From Deltaproteobacteria bacterium GWF2_42_12 (lineage in GTDB: Bacteria; Desulfobacterota; GWC2-55-46; UBA9637), in the NCBI GenBank assembly GCA_001797665.1, contig MGQA01000109.1:1-57385 (forward strand): 57,385 nucleotides of DNA, read 5' to 3'. Under the pieces are notes generated by a model that was not told the DNA's origin, did not search any database, and saw nothing but the letters and a program-made list of their open reading frames with translations. Shown in pieces: positions 44,192-53,950 of the stretch. How positions within the stretch are numbered: position 1 is the stretch's first letter; each line of letters opens with the position of its first letter. The position numbers and the translations under genes were made by a program.

Positions 44192-45297
44192 TATTTTCCA
44201 ATAGCCTCTTTTGTTGTTTGAAGGACATATTCAGCCAGCCTATCATTGCCAAGGCGATTTCGTGCAAGCTGATATCCATTCCTGGCAATTTCTGCGCTTA
44301 TGGCAGGGTTTGCAAGGTAATAATCAGCAAGCCTTTCAAAATCCCTGAAATGATTATCTACAAAGACGCAGTTTTCGCCGTCTTTAAAATCTATCGCAAG
44401 TTCTATTGTGGGGCGGGGAAGAAAGAGGAGTCCTCCAAAAAGCGGTAGCTCATAGTGCTTTGGCGTATCCCAACCTCTCCCCTCAGGGCTTACACATATC
44501 CTTGAACGTTTAAGCAGCTTGTAAAACTCCTCCTTCGGTCGTCTGCCGCTCTCTGGGCTTATTACCCTGTATCTTTTCCCAAGCCTGCGGAGAATTGGCA
44601 ATATAAGCTGGCGGCCGTAGCTTGCATAGGTGCTCCCAAGAAAGAGGATATCAATATCCCTTTCTTCATACAGTGTAATATCATCCATCATGGTAAAGGC
44701 GGAGATGGACTCCCTGTCATATGATGTCCAGACAGGCCGTAATTTGTTGGCAAAACTCATCAATTCATCATTAGAAAAACCTAATCTCAACCTAAAACAG
44801 AGAAATCTGTTAAACGGTAGCTCTCTTTTAAAATAGACAGCGCAATTTGCCAGCAGACCAAAATCAGGAGGGTGTATAAATGGGTCGTCAAGGTCATCAA
44901 CCACAACAATAGGAGGAAGGTCAATGCCTTTCCTCAGCCAGTCCAGCACAAGCATACCGCCTAATTTATATTTATTGGATTTCAGTGAATACTTTAGTCT
45001 TCGCACAGCCTTTGAAAAAATGCCGTGTTTGCCTGCATTATAATCTACCCGGCATACCGTTGTTATTATAAGGTCGTAGAGCCCCTTTTTGATATTTCCC
45101 TCTATGACATGATATTCAGGATAGGATATCCTATCTGTATCAAATCTCAGCTGATACGTCCCTGTATGGCCATAACTCCTTGCGAGTATATTAGGATAAT
45201 GGTCAAAATCTATCCCTGCCCTACTCAAGCCAAGGATAGCAGTATCAAAACCAATAGAAAAATCCCTCTTTGGGGTTCCTATTACAAGTATCTTCAT
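44191..45297 (-). CDS. putative glycosyltransferase (GT1-like C-terminal half, CgeB/DUF3880-like)
   Basis: 368 aa. Only a weak GT-B-like C-terminal pattern (DILFLGS...R..ILP.L.., ..SPEGRGWDTPKHYELPLFGG..). Embedded by start/stop overlaps in the glycosyltransferase operon. Confidence 0.4.
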   Translation of the reverse strand: MKILVIGTPKRDFSIGFDTAILGLSRAGIDFDHYPNILARSYGHTGTYQLRFDTDRISYPEYHVIEGNIKKGLYDLIITTVCRVDYNAGKHGIFSKAVRRLKYSLKSNKYKLGGMLVLDWLRKGIDLPPIVVVDDLDDPFIHPPDFGLLANCAVYFKRELPFNRFLCFRLRLGFSNDELMSFANKLRPVWTSYDRESISAFTMMDDITLYEERDIDILFLGSTYASYGRQLILPILRRLGKRYRVISPESGRRPKEEFYKLLKRSRICVSPEGRGWDTPKHYELPLFGGLLFLPRPTIELAIDFKDGENCVFVDNHFRDFERLADYYLANPAISAEIARNGYQLARNRLGNDRLAEYVLQTTKEAIGK

Positions 45298-46262
45298 CTG
45301 CGTCCCTTCAGGGTGTCTTCGTAAAATGCTACATATTCAGAGGCCATCCTCCTGTAGTTAAATCTTTCCTCAATTCTCTTAAGGCAATCCAACGGATTTA
45401 TGGAACCAATCTTTTTTATTGCCCCAACCATCTCATCCACATCTTTGCATAGAAAACCAGTCTTACCGTGATCAACTATCTCAGGCATTGCCCCATTACG
45501 TGTAGTAATGACAGGCGTCCCGCTCGCGAATGCCTCTATGGTAACGATGCCAAATGCCTCGCACCACTGTGTTGGAAAAATCAATGCCTTTGCCTTTGCA
45601 AGAAGCATGGCCTTTAATTCTCCTCCCACTGGCCCGATATAGGTAATTCTATCGCTCAACTTTTTTTTCAGATACCCGCGCCAATAAGAGTTCACAAACT
45701 TTTTCCTGTGAACATTCCCTGCAATTATTAAACGCACACCGGTTTTTTCTGCTGCCTCAACCGCCCAGTCAACCCCCTTCACATCCCAGTCAACTCTTGA
45801 AAGAAAGAGGAAATAATCATCCTTTTCTTCTTTATAGATATACTCGCTTTTGTCGAGGCCAATATGAACTACCGGGTTTTGCGGATACCCCCAGTATTTC
45901 CTCTGCGCATCTGAAATGAAACAATATCTTTTTGATAACCCCCCTACGTTTTTTATTGTGCCATACAGAGTAACTATAGAGGGAATATTATAATCCCGAT
46001 CAAACACCCCATCGCTGTTAAAATGTATCAAATCAGCCTCTTTTGGAATGAGCCCATTCAATTTTTCTGGTTCTGGTATTTTTACTTCTGAAAACGGGGC
46101 TGCGATATTAGTGCAATAAGGAGTTTTTGAACCTTGGGGGCCTATAAATGTAATAATATGGCCAAGCTCGTATAACCCCTTTATTAACCATACTATTGCC
46201 CTCTCAATACCACCATACTCTTTTACTGGCAGTTTCTTATTGTAATAGAATACTATATGCAA
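45294..46262 (-). CDS. glycosyltransferase family 4
   Basis: YGGIERAI N-terminus. EX7E-like block QWCEAFGIVTIEAFASGTPVI. Confidence 0.75.
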   Translation of the reverse strand: MHIVFYYNKKLPVKEYGGIERAIVWLIKGLYELGHIITFIGPQGSKTPYCTNIAAPFSEVKIPEPEKLNGLIPKEADLIHFNSDGVFDRDYNIPSIVTLYGTIKNVGGLSKRYCFISDAQRKYWGYPQNPVVHIGLDKSEYIYKEEKDDYFLFLSRVDWDVKGVDWAVEAAEKTGVRLIIAGNVHRKKFVNSYWRGYLKKKLSDRITYIGPVGGELKAMLLAKAKALIFPTQWCEAFGIVTIEAFASGTPVITTRNGAMPEIVDHGKTGFLCKDVDEMVGAIKKIGSINPLDCLKRIEERFNYRRMASEYVAFYEDTLKGRR

Positions 46263-46305
46263 TGATACTCCGCTAAAAACTTGGCCTAATTAATGCGTTT
46301 GTATT

Positions 46306-46397
46306 AGTTCATGCTGAAAAATGCTTTTTGAGCGAAATTATGAAATTTTTGGGGCAACCCATCTTGGCGACTGGAGCGAAAAAGGCATTTTCCAGCG
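46306..46397. repeat. inverted-repeat element AGTTCATGCTGAAAAATGCTTTTTGAGCG ... CGAAAAAGGCATTTTCCAGCG
   Basis: The arms pair as GCTGAAAAATGCTTTTTGAGCG versus the reverse complement GCTGGAAAATGCCTTTTTCGCTC. The first 17 nt (AGTTCATGCTGAAAAAT) recur at 24764-24781. Confidence 0.55.
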
Positions 46398-46405
46398 TCA
46401 AATAA

Positions 46406-47572
46406 TTAGTCTTTCATTACTTTTTTGTATACATCGTATATTTTTAAAGCGTTTTTCTTGGCGTCAAAATAATTTTCAGCGCGTCTCCTGCCCTTTTGCC
46501 CAAGCTCATTTAATAGCTCTCTTTTATCCACAAATAGGCTTATCTTTTCAGCAAATCCAAAAAAATCTCCAGGGGTAAACGTCAATCCTGCGTCGTCAAT
46601 TATTTCTGGTATAGAACCTGAGGCAGAAGCCACAATAGGTTTTCCACATGCCATCGCCTCAACAAGCACCATTCCGAACTGCTCCTGCCATATCATAGTA
46701 GGATAGCTCGGGCAAACAAACAAATCAGAAAAATTATAGAGTTTATATATCTCCATATAAGGTATAAATCCGGTGAAGCGAAAATGCCTTTCAAGCTTTG
46801 CCTCTGCAATAACCTTCTTAAGATTATCCATTTGAGCGCCGCCCCCTGCAATAAGGAAAGAGAATTTTTTGTAGCCATTGGAAAGCAATATCTTTGCTGC
46901 ATAAGGAAGCATATGAACGCCCTTCCATGAGACAAGTTTACCGATGTACAGGATTATAAAGTCATCTTTATCAATATTATATTTTTTAAAGAGCTCCAAA
47001 TCTTTTTCATAAGGTTTAAATAAATTAAGGTCTAATCCTGTATACACTGTTGTAATCTTTTTTTCAGGAACACCTTCGAGCATGAGAACCTTTTTTATAG
47101 TATCGCACCAGGGGATAAAATGATTAATCCTCTCATATGTTGAATGCTTTATGTAATTCGTCTTTTCATCGAAAATCTGCCTATATGGTATATTTTCAGC
47201 ATAGCTGGCAATGAGCTTGAACCCCTTTTTTTCTTTAAGGTTAGCAAGTGTATAAAGAGAACGGCTTGAGTCAGGGCACTCGACTATATCATAGTTCTCA
47301 AGATGCCTGTTCAAGGAGTTGCAATAAAAATCCATTCTCTTAAAAGGAGCCCTTATGACTCGAGAAAGTGAATACGGCAATCCTGAAAACCCCAATAATA
47401 ACTCTTCCCTGTGCGTTAGCATCTTCTTTGTCAGCTTAACTTCGCTTACGTCGTATTTATTTCTCTCGCCTACAAACACATTTACATCGGTCCCATCTAT
47501 ATCTATGAGAGGTTCAAACATCTGCGACATCCACTTTGAAACCCCATTTTCCCATACAATACCAACTCTCAC
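46406..47572 (-). CDS. glycosyltransferase family 4
   Basis: EX7E block WQEQFGMVLVEAMACGKPIV. GT-B layout. Confidence 0.8.
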   Translation of the reverse strand: MRVGIVWENGVSKWMSQMFEPLIDIDGTDVNVFVGERNKYDVSEVKLTKKMLTHREELLLGFSGLPYSLSRVIRAPFKRMDFYCNSLNRHLENYDIVECPDSSRSLYTLANLKEKKGFKLIASYAENIPYRQIFDEKTNYIKHSTYERINHFIPWCDTIKKVLMLEGVPEKKITTVYTGLDLNLFKPYEKDLELFKKYNIDKDDFIILYIGKLVSWKGVHMLPYAAKILLSNGYKKFSFLIAGGGAQMDNLKKVIAEAKLERHFRFTGFIPYMEIYKLYNFSDLFVCPSYPTMIWQEQFGMVLVEAMACGKPIVASASGSIPEIIDDAGLTFTPGDFFGFAEKISLFVDKRELLNELGQKGRRRAENYFDAKKNALKIYDVYKKVMKD

Positions 47573-48690
47573 ACTTTCACCCCCACGATATCATTGACTG
47601 CATTATACACCTCGTCTACAGATATATTCTCCATACACTTCTGATATTCGCATTTTTTACTTATACAAGAATCACATGTCTTCCATTTCTGGATAACCCT
47701 GTGCTTCTCCAAATCATAATGCGGCCCGGTGATTCTCCAATCTGCAACAGCATATAAAGCCACAACAGATGTCCCGACAGCAATGGCAGTATGCATTATA
47801 CCGGTATCGCCTGTAATAAGAACTTTAAGCCTCTCAACAAGGGCTGGTATCTGTTTCAAAGGAAGCTTTCCTGCAGAGACAATGACCTTGTCTCCAATGC
47901 CATGCGCAATTTTATTGCAGTAGTCTCTTTCATCAGGAGAACCAGTAATAAGAATTTTTATATTGGTATATTCTGAAATAAGCCTTTTCCCCAATTCTAT
48001 AAATCTCTCAGGAAACCACATCCTGCTTACTGTAGAAGCCCCTGCCTGAAAACCTATAAGCAGCTCATTATCTCCAATACCTTCTTTTCTAAGAAATTGC
48101 ACGACAGACTTCTTATCATCCTGCCTTAAGGGCAACACCATCCTCTTATTTAAATTGCCGCACCCTATAAGCGATGCAACCTTAAGCCTTTGCTCAATGC
48201 CATGCCCAAGGTCTCCCCATTTAATCTGAGGCTCCCTGTTGGAAAGAAGAAATTTGTAGCTGCTCGTGTTAGGAAGCTTTACAATAAATCGCGCGCCTGA
48301 TAAATATGCCATTGGTGTAGCCTGAGGCTCATTGCCATGAAGTATCAGGACAATATCAAATTTAAATTTACGAAACTCCTTTATAGTTCGCAAAAATCTT
48401 TTATAACCGCCATAATACGGAATTATTCCGCTTATGTGCGGATTACTCTCAAACATCTCCATATTTGCATTGTTAAAATGGGCAATTATATTCGCACCAG
48501 GATAGCATTCTCTGACAGCCCTTATTGCCGGAGTTGAAAGCAGAGTATCTCCTATAGCAGTTGATGATACAATCAGAATATTCCTGACTTTATTTGGAAC
48601 AAGATATTCTAATTCTGTATGTCTCCTATCAAATGCCTTAAGTATCCGCATTACAAGATAAAGAATGCCATCAATGGGATTCAGCCTCAT
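47569..48690 (-). CDS. glycosyltransferase family 9 (heptosyltransferase)
   Basis: ILIVSSTAIGDTLLSTPAIRAV.., ..GDTGIMHTAIAVGTSVVALY.., Cys-rich tail CDSCISKKCEYQKCM. Confidence 0.8.
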   Translation of the reverse strand: MRLNPIDGILYLVMRILKAFDRRHTELEYLVPNKVRNILIVSSTAIGDTLLSTPAIRAVRECYPGANIIAHFNNANMEMFESNPHISGIIPYYGGYKRFLRTIKEFRKFKFDIVLILHGNEPQATPMAYLSGARFIVKLPNTSSYKFLLSNREPQIKWGDLGHGIEQRLKVASLIGCGNLNKRMVLPLRQDDKKSVVQFLRKEGIGDNELLIGFQAGASTVSRMWFPERFIELGKRLISEYTNIKILITGSPDERDYCNKIAHGIGDKVIVSAGKLPLKQIPALVERLKVLITGDTGIMHTAIAVGTSVVALYAVADWRITGPHYDLEKHRVIQKWKTCDSCISKKCEYQKCMENISVDEVYNAVNDIVGVKV

Positions 48691-49487
48691 TCTTTACCTC
48701 TAAGTTTAAGATATATGTGTGACAACACAGGAGTTGTATATATCCTCACCCTATTCATAAACCATCGCAGATTATCTTTTACCGCTATTCGCTGTATGCA
48801 AGACATGTCAGACTCTTTTTTGACAACGCCTCTTTTCGTTGTAAATAACGCCTTATAACCAATCTCTCTGGCAATTCTTATTGCATCTTCATTATAAGAC
48901 CCTTTAGGCCAACAGAGATAAGAACAGGTCTTGTCCAATTTCTCTTCAATGATATTCTTTGAATCCCCAAGTTCTTTGGACAGCTCTTCAGGAGGCAGCT
49001 CAGCGCATCTCCTGTGGCTCATAGTATGCGAATAAAATTCTATAAGACCGCTTTCTTTCATCTCTTTTACCATATCCCAGTTCACTACAACCTTATCGAC
49101 CCGACCGGCTGCTATGAATTCTTTACCTTCATGGTGAGATGGCAATATTATCTCTTGCCCCTTGCCCCTTGCCCCTTGCCCTTTTGACGCTGCCTCCACC
49201 CAAGCAACAACGATAAAGATTATAGCCTTGATATTATATCTTTTTAAGATTGGAAATGCATATTGGTAATTATCGAGATAACCATCATCAAAAGTGATTG
49301 CGACAGCCTTTTTAGCAGTTTCCATATTCCCGCTAATAGATTTAACTAACTCGTCTGCACTCAAAGTTCGACACCCTGTCTCCGCCAAAAATTTCATTTG
49401 CGCCTCAAAGATGTCGGGGACCACGGTTACCATATCATCTTTATTGGGGTTTACGTGGTGGTACATAAATACCGGGATAGGCCTCAT
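48687..49487 (-). CDS. polysaccharide deacetylase (carbohydrate esterase family 4, NodB fold)
   Basis: NodB motif 1 AITFDDGYLDNY. His motif YSHTMSH. Later CWPKGSYN. Confidence 0.8.
   Translation of the reverse strand: MRPIPVFMYHHVNPNKDDMVTVVPDIFEAQMKFLAETGCRTLSADELVKSISGNMETAKKAVAITFDDGYLDNYQYAFPILKRYNIKAIIFIVVAWVEAASKGQGARGKGQEIILPSHHEGKEFIAAGRVDKVVVNWDMVKEMKESGLIEFYSHTMSHRRCAELPPEELSKELGDSKNIIEEKLDKTCSYLCWPKGSYNEDAIRIAREIGYKALFTTKRGVVKKESDMSCIQRIAVKDNLRWFMNRVRIYTTPVLSHIYLKLRGKE
49154..49181. repeat. perfect heptanucleotide array (CTTGCCC)x4 inside the CE4 deacetylase gene
   Basis: The four units were counted directly and are followed by TTTT. Translated as KGQGARGKGQ. Confidence 0.9.
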
Positions 49488-50590
49488 ACTCCAGCCTCAC
49501 TCACAAGAGATGTGTAAAAATTAAACAAACTCCTTACCATCACATCTATACTGTATTTTTCTTCCACAATCCTCCTCCCTGCATCTCCCATCCTTTTCAT
49601 TTGCCCTTTATCATTAAGAAGGCCCATGATTGCATCAGATAGAGCAACCGGGTCTTCAGGCTCTACAAGGATACCTGAAACCCCATCTTTAACTACTTCA
49701 GGAACACCCCCTACCCTTGTGCCAATAACAGGCCTTCTCATGGCCATGGCCTCGAGAAATGATGTCCCCAATGCCTCTTGAAGTGTTGGCAAAACAAACA
49801 AATCTATTGTATTCAATATCTCAGGTATATCTTTTCTCAAACCAAGGAGTTTGACATTTCCAGCTAATCCAAGCTCTGAGAGCTTTTTTTCTATGTTTTC
49901 TCTCTGCGGCCCATCGCCAACAAAGACAAATCTTGCATTTGGGATTTTCTTCAAAACTAAAGGTATGGCATCAAGCAGTGTATGATGCCCTTTCTTGCGT
50001 CTGAAAATAGCTATAGTTCCTACAACTGGAACATCATTGGGAATACTAAGCTCTTCTCTTGGCACTGCGTTCACAGTATCAGGGGCAAACCGTTCCAAAT
50101 CCACTCCAGTTGGAATACTGACAACCTTATTTGCAGGTATTCTCTTTTCTTTAACTAAATATTTTCTTACATACTCACTTACAGTGACGACCTTATGCGG
50201 AAAAAGAGAATACGTAATTCTTGAAGTTATCGGAAGTGCAAGATGCCGGGTCCTTACAATCACCGGTTTTATTCTCGAAAGCCTACCGGCAATTGCCCCG
50301 AGCATGCTATCCTTGCCGCTATGGGTGCACACAAGGTTGACATTCTCATCTTTTATAATCTTTAAAAGCGAGTAAATAGTAAAAGGAGAAGCGCTATTTT
50401 CCATCTTTACTGTTCTTATATCTATATTGTTCTCGGCCCCTGTCTTCGCAAGTTTACTATCTGGCTGACAAGCAATAATTACCCGAGCGCCCATTTTCTT
50501 TAAACCCACTGCTTCTTTAAGCGTCCTATTCTCCTGTCCTCCCCAACCTTTTGAAGATTCTGTATGTAATATTGTTAAAGGCATGTTCAT
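49484..50590 (-). CDS. glycosyltransferase family 4
   Basis: HTESSKGWGGQE N-terminus. EX7E block LQEALGTSFLEAMAMRRPVI. Confidence 0.8.
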   Translation of the reverse strand: MNMPLTILHTESSKGWGGQENRTLKEAVGLKKMGARVIIACQPDSKLAKTGAENNIDIRTVKMENSASPFTIYSLLKIIKDENVNLVCTHSGKDSMLGAIAGRLSRIKPVIVRTRHLALPITSRITYSLFPHKVVTVSEYVRKYLVKEKRIPANKVVSIPTGVDLERFAPDTVNAVPREELSIPNDVPVVGTIAIFRRKKGHHTLLDAIPLVLKKIPNARFVFVGDGPQRENIEKKLSELGLAGNVKLLGLRKDIPEILNTIDLFVLPTLQEALGTSFLEAMAMRRPVIGTRVGGVPEVVKDGVSGILVEPEDPVALSDAIMGLLNDKGQMKRMGDAGRRIVEEKYSIDVMVRSLFNFYTSLVSEAGV

Positions 50591-51732
50591 CAGTTTATTT
50601 TAAAGCGATTACTTATTATCTCCATAACCTCATCAACGCTTATATCTTCAAGACAGTCACTTACCTTGCTACCCTCACAGCCATCCTTGCCACAGGGAAT
50701 GCAGTCCCAATCTCTCTGGATTACCGTATGCCTTCCAAAGGTCTGCACCCCATTCCTTCTTTGATAAGGTTCTTCTTGCCCCTTGCCCCCTGCCCCTTGC
50801 TCCCTATAGTCATTGTCCCACGGCCCCCAGTGGAATGCCCCTGAAGGGCCAAAGAGCGCTACGACAGGCGTTCCAACAGCAGCGGCAATATGCATTGGCG
50901 CTGAATCTACGCCAAAAAACAACTTTGCCCTTTTTGAAATTGCGCCAAGTTTTTTAAGGCTTATATTACCTATGAATGTAATCGGCTTTTTTCGGGCCAA
51001 TTCAACAATTTTGTTTGCCTTATCCATCTCTCTTTTATCAGGGCTGCAGGTCATGATAACCTTAGCTCCATACTGCTCCTGGAGACGGTCAATCACTTCG
51101 GCCATATATTCATCTTTCCAACATTTAAAAAGCCAGCGGGAGGTGGGATGAACATGGACAATAGCATCGCCTTCTTTAACCTCTCTTTTTGTTAAGGTAT
51201 TGGTCAACCATATTTCATCTTCTTTTGAAATATAAAAATCAACATTTAGAGTTTTTGCTTTTATACCAGCCTTGTCTAACAACTCAACATTCTGTAAAAC
51301 TGTATGTCTGTCTGCGTTAACAGCAAATCTATGTGTATATAAAAATTTTTTACCCCAAAAACCTCCGCTTGTCTCATATCCTATCCTATACCTTGTTCTG
51401 CTTAAAAAAGAATATATCGCAGGTCTGTCTCCCCCGGTCAAATCTATTGCCATATCAAAGTTTTCTTTCTTAATGATATTTAAGAAAGAGAGTTCATACT
51501 TTATCCGCTTGGATAGAGATTGTTTTAACAAAGACCTGTCTAAAATAAACACTTTGTTAATAAGTGCATTACCCTTAAGCATATCCTCTGTTCCTGAATT
51601 TACTAACGCTGTGATGTGACTATCAGGGAAGGTATCTCTAACCGCTCTTATGGCAGGTATAGCAAGCAGAACATCGCCGATATGTCGAAGTTTGATGACA
51701 AGGATTTTCTTTACATTTCTAAATTCAGTCAA
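50590..51732 (-). CDS. glycosyltransferase family 9 (heptosyltransferase)
   Basis: ILVIKLRHIGDVLLAIPAIRAV.., ..VDSAPMHIAAAVGTPVVALFG.., Cys-rich tail CIPCGKDGCEGSKVSDCL. Confidence 0.8.
   Translation of the reverse strand: MTEFRNVKKILVIKLRHIGDVLLAIPAIRAVRDTFPDSHITALVNSGTEDMLKGNALINKVFILDRSLLKQSLSKRIKYELSFLNIIKKENFDMAIDLTGGDRPAIYSFLSRTRYRIGYETSGGFWGKKFLYTHRFAVNADRHTVLQNVELLDKAGIKAKTLNVDFYISKEDEIWLTNTLTKREVKEGDAIVHVHPTSRWLFKCWKDEYMAEVIDRLQEQYGAKVIMTCSPDKREMDKANKIVELARKKPITFIGNISLKKLGAISKRAKLFFGVDSAPMHIAAAVGTPVVALFGPSGAFHWGPWDNDYREQGAGGKGQEEPYQRRNGVQTFGRHTVIQRDWDCIPCGKDGCEGSKVSDCLEDISVDEVMEIISNRFKIN
50775..50802. repeat. degenerate heptamer array (CTTGCCC CTTGCCC CCTGCCC CTTGCTC) inside GT9
   Basis: Counted directly. 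Translated as EQGAGGKGQEE, between the GPSG..HWGPW block and the Cys-rich tail. Confidence 0.8.
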
Positions 51733-51797
51733 TAAAACTAAGCCTCTCTAAGACCTTAAACATGATTTGACTCTTCAATACTTATATTCATAACCCA

Positions 51798-52544
51798 TCA
51801 TTGTCTTTCCGACATCTCCCACAGTTTGGCATACTTGGAAAATGTATAACTCGCATAAAGGCCTGACAGGATAAGACCTCTATATCCTTCCAAAAAACCT
51901 TTTTGCAAGAAAAACATCTTGAGAAAGGTAGCTATTGGCCTTGATAATATACTTAGATAGCTAACCTTTCTTCCATTTTTCAGCATCTCCTCTGCTGCGA
52001 GGGTGGAATACCTGTCCATCCGCTTCAAATAATCGCTTATGTCTCTATATGTATAATGAACCAACGGTGCATTGAGATAGCCAACTTTTCCATCTATCTT
52101 GACTGCTTCATGCACATCACGTTCATTGAAACTACCCTTATCTTTTCTATATAATCTCAGATTATAATCAGGATACCAGCCACAATATCTTACCCATCTG
52201 TTGCCGAAAAAGTTTTTTCGAGGGATATTGTAACCGTCACAGTCATCTTGATTTAAAACAGTCTCTATCTCTTTTCTCAAATCAGGTGTTACCCGCTCAT
52301 CTGCGTCAATATTGAGAACCAAGTTATTCTTAGCCCTGCTGGCTATCAAATTCTTCTGCTTGCCGAAACCAAACCATTTGTCTAAAAAAACTTTTGCATT
52401 ATATCCTTTACAAATCTCAACTGTCCTGTCAATGCTTCCAGAATCAGAAACAAGCACTTCATCAGCCCAGCTTACACTTTCAAGGCAGGCTTGAATATTA
52501 GCCTCTTCATTCATAGTTATAATGGTAACCGAAACCTTTTGCAT
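51798..52544 (-). CDS. glycosyltransferase family 2 (LPS core, WaaE/KdtX-like size class)
   Basis: VSVTIITMNEEANIQACLESV.., ..DSGSIDRT.., ..NIDADERV (DxD). Confidence 0.8.
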   Translation of the reverse strand: MQKVSVTIITMNEEANIQACLESVSWADEVLVSDSGSIDRTVEICKGYNAKVFLDKWFGFGKQKNLIASRAKNNLVLNIDADERVTPDLRKEIETVLNQDDCDGYNIPRKNFFGNRWVRYCGWYPDYNLRLYRKDKGSFNERDVHEAVKIDGKVGYLNAPLVHYTYRDISDYLKRMDRYSTLAAEEMLKNGRKVSYLSILSRPIATFLKMFFLQKGFLEGYRGLILSGLYASYTFSKYAKLWEMSERQ

Positions 52545-52548
52545 AGGT

Positions 52549-52621
52549 TAGTTGATTAGCGAATTAGTGATTAGAGAATTAGCTTTTCTAATTCACTAAT
52601 TCTCTAATCCTCTAATCAACC
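52549..52621. repeat. palindromic array of GATTAG-type 7-8-mers between Trm112 and GT2
   Basis: TTGATTAG CGAATTAG TGATTAG AGAATTAG C-tttt-CTAATTCA CTAATTCT CTAATCCT CTAATCAA. Confidence 0.6.
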
Positions 52622-52782
52622 GCTATTGCCTCATCTATCAACATTACCGGAATATCATCCTTTATTGGATATATGAGCTTACATGTGTCGCATATTAACC
52701 CACTGCCGTCTTTTGTCAGCCGTATATCGCCTTTACACTTTGGACATGCAAGAATCTCTAACAATTCTTTATTTATCGACAT
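52612..52782 (-). CDS. Trm112/YcaR family small zinc-ribbon protein (56 aa, below the ORF-track cutoff)
   Basis: Hand translation gives MSINKELLEILACPKCKGDIRLTKDGSGLICDTCKLIYPIKDDIPVMLIDEAIAVD. The LACP.CKG...C..C...YPI.DGIPVML pattern defines the family. Confidence 0.75.
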   Translation of the reverse strand: MSINKELLEILACPKCKGDIRLTKDGSGLICDTCKLIYPIKDDIPVMLIDEAIAVD

Positions 52783-52878
52783 ATACACCTCCCATAAATA
52801 TAGACAAAAGTCGGAAGCCTGCCCCTGCAGGCGTTAAGCAGGGGTCAGAAGTCAATAGTATAAGAATAAACTTTTTAA

Positions 52879-52995
52879 CTCCTGACTCCTGACTTTTGAC
52901 TAATGACTATTCTCTTGACTCCTGACTCTCGACTCCTGACTTTTGACTAATGACTATTCTCTTGACTCCTGACTCTCGACTCCTGACTTTTGACT
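52879..52995. repeat. 47-bp tandem repeat (about 2.4 copies) built from TGACTCC-type heptamers
   Basis: GACTTTTGAC starts at 52891, 52938 and 52985, giving a period of 47. Sub-units are TGACTCC TGACTCT CGACTCC TGACTTT. It overlaps the 3' end of the UPF0104 gene. Confidence 0.85.
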
Positions 52996-53939
52996 GTGTC
53001 TTTCACACTGCCAACTCTTATATACTCAACACCACCCACCAAACCAAGCAAAACCATAATTGCAAAACCCGCAAGAGAAATACTGAGCGCCTGTGCGCTG
53101 GTCATGCCAACTTTTGAAAAAAGATAGACAAAAGCGCCTTCTCGCAAGCCAAGACCAGAAAGAGAGATTGGTATCATCGAGATTGAGACAGCAATTGGCA
53201 CAAACATAAAAAAATAACCGATAGATACATTGAGCCCAAATCCTCTCGATATTAAGTAGAATATAACCACGCCTTTGATTTGAACAACAAATGAGATCAA
53301 AAATGCCTTTAAAAGAACCTGAGGTTCGCCCTTATAGAGCATAACAGCATTATAAAGCGATTCAAACTTTTCATTGATACCCAACAACCGTATCTTATCA
53401 ATGAAGACAAGCGCCCCCCTATGGAGACTTCTATTCCAAATGATGAGGCTTACCAGTAGGAACATGCTTGTGAGCGATATGACGAATAACGGAATGTTGG
53501 TATCTTCTACATACCTGTAACCTATGATAAGCGATACAAAGGCAATGGTAACTAACGCAAAAAAACCCGTAAACCTATCCAGAAATACCGAGGCAATAGA
53601 GTTTCCACCCTTTCCAGAGAATTTATAAAGATAATAACTTTTTACAACATCGCCGCCAATTATAGTCGGAAGAAACATATTAAAAAACATGCCAATGTAG
53701 TAGAGCGAAACCAATTTCAGAAATGGCAAATGAATATCTGCATGAGGCAGAAATAAAGACCAGCGGAATGCTGATACAATCTGTGAAAGTGCATATAAAG
53801 ATATTGCAAACAGAAACAGCGTAATATCCATTGATCTCATAATTTCCAGAACCTTATTTGTATCCGCTTGCTTGAAAAGAAAGACGATAAGAAAAACACT
53901 TACAAATATCTTCAACGCTAAAAATATTTTTTTTCTCAT
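52947..53939 (-). CDS. UPF0104 / lysyl-phosphatidylglycerol-synthase-TM-region family (flippase-like) membrane protein
   Basis: 330 aa with about 8 TM segments. ..FLPTIIGGDVVKSYYL.. is characteristic of the family. The tail SQESRVRSQENSH is repeat-encoded. Confidence 0.65.
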   Translation of the reverse strand: MRKKIFLALKIFVSVFLIVFLFKQADTNKVLEIMRSMDITLFLFAISLYALSQIVSAFRWSLFLPHADIHLPFLKLVSLYYIGMFFNMFLPTIIGGDVVKSYYLYKFSGKGGNSIASVFLDRFTGFFALVTIAFVSLIIGYRYVEDTNIPLFVISLTSMFLLVSLIIWNRSLHRGALVFIDKIRLLGINEKFESLYNAVMLYKGEPQVLLKAFLISFVVQIKGVVIFYLISRGFGLNVSIGYFFMFVPIAVSISMIPISLSGLGLREGAFVYLFSKVGMTSAQALSISLAGFAIMVLLGLVGGVEYIRVGSVKDTVKSQESRVRSQENSH

Positions 53940-53950
53940 ACGCCTTTCCT

